A program made the translations under genes and the position numbers. Of a stretch of 37,654 nucleotides of DNA, positions 33,609-37,654 are shown one piece after another (the stretch's first letter is position 1; each line of letters begins with the position of its first letter). This stretch comes from Minisyncoccota bacterium (lineage in GTDB: Bacteria; Patescibacteriota; Minisyncoccia; Minisyncoccales; PWPS01). The notes under the pieces are model-generated. The model saw only the letters and a program-made list of their open reading frames with translations, searched no databases and was not told the origin of the DNA. The stretch lies in contig JAIPIL010000002.1 in assembly GCA_021734685.1 (NCBI GenBank), positions 1 through 37,654 on the forward strand, written 5' to 3'.

Positions 33609-34655
33609 ATGTTTCTAGATTCCATATCCACTCAAGAAAAGGTAGATTTTGTTAAAAATCTTGCCCTTCTCATAAAAAGCGGAAAACCCGTTAACGAGTC
33701 TTTTGATCTTCTTTCTCGTCAGGCTCGTTCTTCGGTTATGAGAAAGACCCTTGAGAACGCAAAAGAAAAATCAGAGAGAGGAACTCCGCTTCACCAGATA
33801 TTTGAAGAAAGCCCTCACTTTGAAAAAGTGTTCGTCAGTTTTATCAGAGCCGGAGAAGAATCAGGAACTCTTGAAAAAAACTTACTAAACCTTACTAGTT
33901 GGCTTGAAAGACAACACACTCTTAAAAAAGAAATTAAATCAGCAACTCTTTATCCAAAGATAATTGTCACTTTTGCAGTTGTTCTTAGTGCAGGACTTGC
34001 ACTCTTTGTTCTTCCAAACTTAGTGCCGATCTTTGCCACTCTTGATGTTGAACTCCCCCTCGCAACAAGAGTTCTGCTCTACATCTCAAATGTGATGCAA
34101 GATTACGGATTATACATTATCGGAGGATTAGCAGGTTTCATATTTGCGATATACTTGCTCTTCAAACTAGAACCACTAAAAAGACTGTGGCACCGTTTTT
34201 TGTTGATAACTCCCGTTGCGGGAAGTATGGCAAAAGATTACCAACTAACCGTTATCTCCCAACTAATATCAACCCTCTTCCGAAGCGGATTAACAATCAA
34301 CGCTTCCTTAGAGATCATCTCTGACTCAGTAACAAACACAAGATACCAAGACGCCCTAGACCAGATAAGAGAAAGAGTAGCAAAAGGAACAAGTTTCTCT
34401 GAAACACTAAAAAACTACCCTGATCTTTTTTCAGAAGTATTCATATCAGTAGTTGCCACCGGAGAACAAACTGGTTCCTTTGGAGAATCATTTGACTACC
34501 TATCCGAGTTCTTTGCCACCCGCCTAACAGAAAAATCAAAACGCCTACCAGTAGTAATAGAACCACTATTACTGATAGGAATAGGAGTATTCGTATTCCT
34601 AATAGCAATAGCAATAATAATGCCAATATACGAAGTAACAAAAGGGTTGTACTAA
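33609..34655 (+). CDS. pilC: Type IV pilus / T2SS platform protein (PilC/GspF family)
   Basis: 348 aa. Duplicated GspF-type domains (...FIRAGEESGTLEKNL... and ...VVATGEQTGSFGESF...), 3 TM segments. Confidence 0.88.
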   Translation: MFLDSISTQEKVDFVKNLALLIKSGKPVNESFDLLSRQARSSVMRKTLENAKEKSERGTPLHQIFEESPHFEKVFVSFIRAGEESGTLEKNLLNLTSWLERQHTLKKEIKSATLYPKIIVTFAVVLSAGLALFVLPNLVPIFATLDVELPLATRVLLYISNVMQDYGLYIIGGLAGFIFAIYLLFKLEPLKRLWHRFLLITPVAGSMAKDYQLTVISQLISTLFRSGLTINASLEIISDSVTNTRYQDALDQIRERVAKGTSFSETLKNYPDLFSEVFISVVATGEQTGSFGESFDYLSEFFATRLTEKSKRLPVVIEPLLLIGIGVFVFLIAIAIIMPIYEVTKGLY

Positions 34656-34665
34656 ACACCCCCCC

Positions 34666-34870
34666 GTCATTCTGAGCGAAGCGAAGAATCCCATCGTAAA
34701 AGCACCAAATCCAAAATCACAAATCCCAAATAAGCACCAATAACCAAAACCCAAAATCCAAAACAACAATTTGTCATTCCCAGCTTGACTGGGAATCCAG
34801 TTTGTAATTTTGAAAATTTGAATTTGTAATTTATTTGTAATTTGTAATTTTGAATTTGTAATTTAATTTT
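34666..34870 (+). repeat. Composite repeat mosaic
   Basis: Single PAL-B arm 34666-34692; AAATCC/AAATCAC array 34693-34772; HP-A CAG variant 34773-34800; TTTGTAA array 34801-34870. Confidence 0.9.
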
Positions 34871-34874
34871 TTTC

Positions 34875-34902
34875 TTTACAAAAAAAAATTTATAAATATA
34901 CT
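34875..34902 (+). promoter_or_regulatory. Candidate promoter giving a leaderless pilin mRNA
   Basis: TTTACA 34875-34880, 16-nt spacer, TATACT 34897-34902. The ATG at 34909 is 7 nt downstream of the -10. Confidence 0.4.
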
Positions 34903-34908
34903 TAAAAT

Positions 34909-35334
34909 ATGAGAAGAAATTTCACACAAAAAGGATTCACCACCCCCCGTCATTCTGACACCCCCCGTCATTCTGAGCGAAGCGAAGAATCCCATCAAAA
35001 AAACGCTTTCACTATAATAGAACTCCTCGTAGTAGTAGCAGTAATTGCAATACTCGCTATCTTAATCCTTATCCCTTTACAAAACGCCCGTGAAAACGCA
35101 AGAATAACAAAAGGACTTCACTTCGCAGAACAGATCCACCGCAAAATTATGCTAGAAAATGAAAGCGAATACAAGTTTGATGACGCCACTCCAGGAACTT
35201 GGCTCACCGAAGGAGAAACAGTAACAGACTTCTCAAACAGCGGAAACGACGGAACAGTAGCCGGACAAGTCTATGTCCAAGCAGAAGGAGTCCCAGGAAC
35301 AGAAAACCCAGCAATATACTTCGACGGAAACTAA
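34909..35334 (+). CDS. Type IV pilin-like protein with a repeat-expanded leader, ending at the start of a LamG-type module
   Basis: MRRNFTQKGFT-[TPRHSDTPRHSERSEESHQKNA]-FTIIELLVVVAVIAILA. The bracketed part is encoded by PAL-B arm copies (34949-34959 and 34967-34993). The C-terminus ...SGNDGTVAG...NPAIYFDGN-stop resembles the entry into a LamG domain. Confidence 0.8.
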   Translation: MRRNFTQKGFTTPRHSDTPRHSERSEESHQKNAFTIIELLVVVAVIAILAILILIPLQNARENARITKGLHFAEQIHRKIMLENESEYKFDDATPGTWLTEGETVTDFSNSGNDGTVAGQVYVQAEGVPGTENPAIYFDGN

Positions 35335-35336
35335 AA

Positions 35337-35590
35337 CGCTTCCAAAGGAAGCGCGCGAAACAACGCAAAACCCCCCCCTGTCATTCTGAAGGAGTGAAAC
35401 GACTGAAGAATCCCATCATCCTTGCAGAAACCATGAGATTCTTCGCTTCGCTCAGAATGACAACAGGATGTCATTCCCGCGAAAGCGGGAATCCAGAAAC
35501 CCCGCATCCGTCATTCTGAGCGAAGCGAAGAATCCCGTTTTGAAAATTAGAAAATTCAAAATTGATTCAAAATTCAAAATTCAAAATTAA
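35337..35590 (+). repeat. Composite repeat mosaic
   Basis: Hairpin CGCTTCC-AAA-GGAAGCG 35337-35353 (same as 7384-7400); short ACGCAAAAC array 35351-35371; PAL-B 35380-35461; HP-A 35470-35496; single PAL-B arm 35510-35536; TTGAAAA/TTCAAAA array 35537-35590. Confidence 0.9.
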
Positions 35591-35595
35591 TAATC

Positions 35596-36603
35596 ATGTC
35601 TAACTCAATAAACAAAAAACTATCCCTAACCCTCAGTCTCCTCACCCTAACCTTATCCCTCACCCTCGCCTCTCCCGCTTCCGCAGAATGTACTGGAGGT
35701 TCTGTAAACGGTTGGGCTTGGTCTGACAACATCGGCTGGATATCTCTTAGTTGTGAAAACCAAGGAGACGAAGTTGATTACGCTCTTAATATAGACGCAG
35801 GAACTGGACTTGTCAGTGGATACGCTTGGTCAGAAGTTGTTGGTTGGATAAGTTTTAATGAAGCAGATCTAACTGATTGTCCTGAAGGAACTTGCGAAGC
35901 AAGAGAAGTAGATGGCGTTTTAACCGGATGGGCAAAAGTAATTGACACCGACGAAGAAGGAACCTACTACGGCGAGTATGATGAGTGGATCTCACTCTCT
36001 GGAGAAGCCGACGACGCAACAGAGTACGGAGTAGAAGTTGATGATATGGGAAACATCACTGGTGGTTTTGCATACGGAGATCAAACCGTCGGATGGATAG
36101 AGTTTGGATACAGCAGTTCTGGTGGAGGAATTCCAGGAGAACTACCGGGAGTTGGAGATGGTAACTACATCTCACTGCTTGGAAGTGAAAACTGGCCTGA
36201 CAAATTTGATAGCATAACATTTAGTGCATGGGTCTACTGGGAAGGAGTAGGAACTCAAGAAACATCTGGTATCTACGGAATAACGACAGACGAAACATTC
36301 GTTGAGTTTGAAGTTCTCGCTGACGGAGAGTTACGACTTGCCCTCAACGGAAACATACAAACCACAGACGAAGTCATCAAAGAAGAAAAATGGACCCATA
36401 TTTCTTTCACATACAAAGGGGGAGAAAGTAGATGGGCAAGAATATATGTTGACGGAGAAAAGGTAGGCGAAAATCAGTTCAACGCAGGATCACTAAACAT
36501 CCCAACCGAAGACGGATTCCACGCAATAGGAAGCGCCGGCCTAAACAAAAACTTCAACGGCTACATAACAAGAATCCGCCTATACCACAATATTTTTGAG
36601 TAA
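35596..36603 (+). CDS. Secreted protein: four Trp-rich repeats plus a C-terminal LamG (concanavalin-like) domain
   Basis: Signal peptide ...LTLASPASA|E. Repeats GWAWSDNIGWISL, GYAWSEVVGWISF, GWAKV...DEWISL, GFAYGDQTVGWIEF. LamG-like DGNYISL...ITFSAWVYW...WTHISFTY...IYVDGEKV...FNGYITRIRLY. Confidence 0.8.
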   Translation: MSNSINKKLSLTLSLLTLTLSLTLASPASAECTGGSVNGWAWSDNIGWISLSCENQGDEVDYALNIDAGTGLVSGYAWSEVVGWISFNEADLTDCPEGTCEAREVDGVLTGWAKVIDTDEEGTYYGEYDEWISLSGEADDATEYGVEVDDMGNITGGFAYGDQTVGWIEFGYSSSGGGIPGELPGVGDGNYISLLGSENWPDKFDSITFSAWVYWEGVGTQETSGIYGITTDETFVEFEVLADGELRLALNGNIQTTDEVIKEEKWTHISFTYKGGESRWARIYVDGEKVGENQFNAGSLNIPTEDGFHAIGSAGLNKNFNGYITRIRLYHNIFE

Positions 36604-36621
36604 AGAAATGCCAACATTCCT

Positions 36622-36814
36622 GTCATTCTGAAGGAGTGAAACGACTGAAGAATCCCATCATTCCTGCAGAAACCATGAGATTCTTCACTTCACTTCGTTC
36701 TGTTCAGAATGACAGGGTGGCGTGTCATTCTGAGCGAAGCGAAGAATCCCATTTGTAATTTTGAAAATTTGAATTTGTAATTTATTTGTAATTTGTAATT
36801 TGTAATTTAACAAT
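36622..36814 (+). repeat. Repeat mosaic
   Basis: PAL-B (92 nt) 36622-36713; single PAL-B arm 36724-36750; TTTGTAA array 36752-36814 running up to the next ATG. Confidence 0.9.
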
Positions 36815-37114
36815 ATGTATAACCCAACAATAAACATAAGCTGGAAAAAAGCTGTAATCGGCTTAATAATTTTAATAATATTAGCAGGAGTTATTTTCGC
36901 TGTTTATAACATATACTTCGGACCCCCAACTGAAGAAGAGATAGAACAACAAGAAAGAGAAATCCTAGACGCAAAAATACAACAAGAAAGAAGCGCCCTA
37001 GACCAAGCAAGAGAAGACGCCAGAGGAGATGAGTACATTCCTCCAACAACAGAAGAAAGAGAAGAAGACATAGAAAAACAAATAGAAGAACTACAAAACC
37101 TACGTCGCCGATAA
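36815..37114 (+). CDS. Hypothetical small membrane-anchored protein with a charged coiled region
   Basis: 99 aa. TM VIGLIILIILAGVIFAVYNIYF followed by an E/R/Q-rich helix. No family recognised. Confidence 0.55.
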   Translation: MYNPTINISWKKAVIGLIILIILAGVIFAVYNIYFGPPTEEEIEQQEREILDAKIQQERSALDQAREDARGDEYIPPTTEEREEDIEKQIEELQNLRRR

Positions 37115-37116
37115 CG

Positions 37117-37316
37117 GCGCGCGAAACAACGCGAAACTGAAAACGCAAAACAACGCAAAACTTCACCCCCCCCGTCATTCTGAAGGAGTGAAACGACTGA
37201 AGAATCCCATCATCCTTGCAAAAACCATGAGATTCTTCGCTTCGCTCAGAATGACGGCGGAGTGTCATTCCCAGCTTGACTAGGAATCCAGTAATCAGCG
37301 TTCATCAGCGTTTTTC
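37117..37316 (+). repeat. Composite repeat mosaic
   Basis: ACGCAAAAC array 37117-37161; PAL-B 37174-37255; HP-A CAG variant with one stem mismatch (CTAGG) 37264-37291; ATCAGCGTT array 37292-37316. Confidence 0.9.
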
Positions 37317-37356
37317 AAAATTAAAAAATTAAATATTCATTTAAAATTAATAAAAA

Positions 37357-37654
37357 ATGTATAAATCCATCAACAATAAAATATCCCTTACTCTTGGAGT
37401 TTTCTTCTCAATATTCTTATTATCCCTTGCTGTTTTTGCTTGGACGGAGCCAACAGAAGCTCCTCCAGGAGGAAATATTCCTTATCCAATAAATGCTGTA
37501 GACAGTGCTCAGTATAAAACCGGAGCACTCGGCGTAGGAGGAGTATTCCAAACTGACACCGAAACTCATCTAGCAGTAGATAGTGGTACTGTCGGAATCG
37601 GAACAGAAACAACAGGAGGACTCCTTGGGCTAAAAGATGCAAATACATACATTG
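37357..37654 (+). CDS. Partial CDS: membrane-anchored or secreted Gly/Thr-rich protein (continues past the window)
   Basis: Absent from the ORF track because it is open-ended. ATG 37357: MYKSINNKISLTLGVFFSIFLLSLAVFAWTEPTEAPPGGNIPYPINAVDSAQYKTGALGVGGVFQTDTETHLAVDSGTVGIGTETTGG... No stop before 37654. The overlapping antisense ORF 37388-37648 is low-complexity. Confidence 0.6.
   Translation, partial: MYKSINNKISLTLGVFFSIFLLSLAVFAWTEPTEAPPGGNIPYPINAVDSAQYKTGALGVGGVFQTDTETHLAVDSGTVGIGTETTGGLLGLKDANTYI

Noticed and set aside
35323-36165. The DGN...DGN duplication as a target-site duplication of an insertion splitting a pilin-LamG gene
   Set aside because: The two DGN triplets are encoded differently (GACGGAAAC vs GATGGTAAC), so they are not a direct DNA duplication. 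The split-gene idea is kept only as a low-confidence hypothesis.
3508-37291. The 27-nt palindromic HP-A repeat could be a CRISPR repeat
   Set aside because: Copies are separated by whole genes (0.1-3.6 kb), not by regular 25-40 nt spacers. There are no cas genes, and the copies are embedded in other repeat modules. This is a dispersed REP/MITE-like family, not an array.

Overview
AT-rich bacterial housekeeping region. Compact genes, short RpoB/RpoC, a bacterial Elp3 and type IV pilus genes suggest a CPR/Patescibacteria-like organism (inference). Standard genetic code: TGA is used as a stop. Nearly all genes are on the + strand: rpoB, rpoC, tRNA-Gly(UCC, -), CheY-like receiver, holA, rpsT(-), ruvA, murE, NIF3-like, Elp3(-) divergent from a Trm9-like methyltransferase, a small membrane protein, an unannotated tmRNA (ssrA) preceded by a 253-nt highly structured segment, infC-rpmI-rplT, smpB(-), argS, ileS, recO, a pilin, a 537-aa acidic membrane-anchored protein, an M16 peptidase, an AI-2E transporter, a small GIY-YIG nuclease, metG, pilB, pilC, a second pilin, a LamG-domain secreted protein, a small membrane protein and a partial secreted protein. 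The main observation is that almost every intergenic region is filled by a modular repeat mosaic. Its parts are (i) a 27-28 nt hairpin, HP-A (GTCATTCCCGCGAAAGCGGGAATCCAG; 23 copies with compensatory stem variants); (ii) an 81-92 nt imperfect palindrome, PAL-B (GTCATTCTGA...GAAGAATCCCATCATCCTTGCAGAAACCATGAGATTCTTCGCTTCGCTCAGAATGAC; 14 full and 8 partial copies); (iii) GTCATTCCC half-sites spaced about 19 nt apart; and (iv) short-period (7-10 nt) tandem arrays (TTGAAAA, TTGACAA, TTTGTAA, CCGTGTTCA and ACGCAAAACA types) that flank the hairpins as inverted arms, so whole spacers form 150-330 nt composite palindromes. The repeats also enter genes. There is an exact 60-nt in-frame insertion in metG, two pilin leader peptides are repeat-encoded, and several genes take their stop codon or C-terminal tail from repeats. 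The single GIY-YIG nuclease gene is bracketed by inverted HP-A copies. This is a REPtron-like layout with a non-HUH nuclease, and I consider it the best candidate for an undescribed system.
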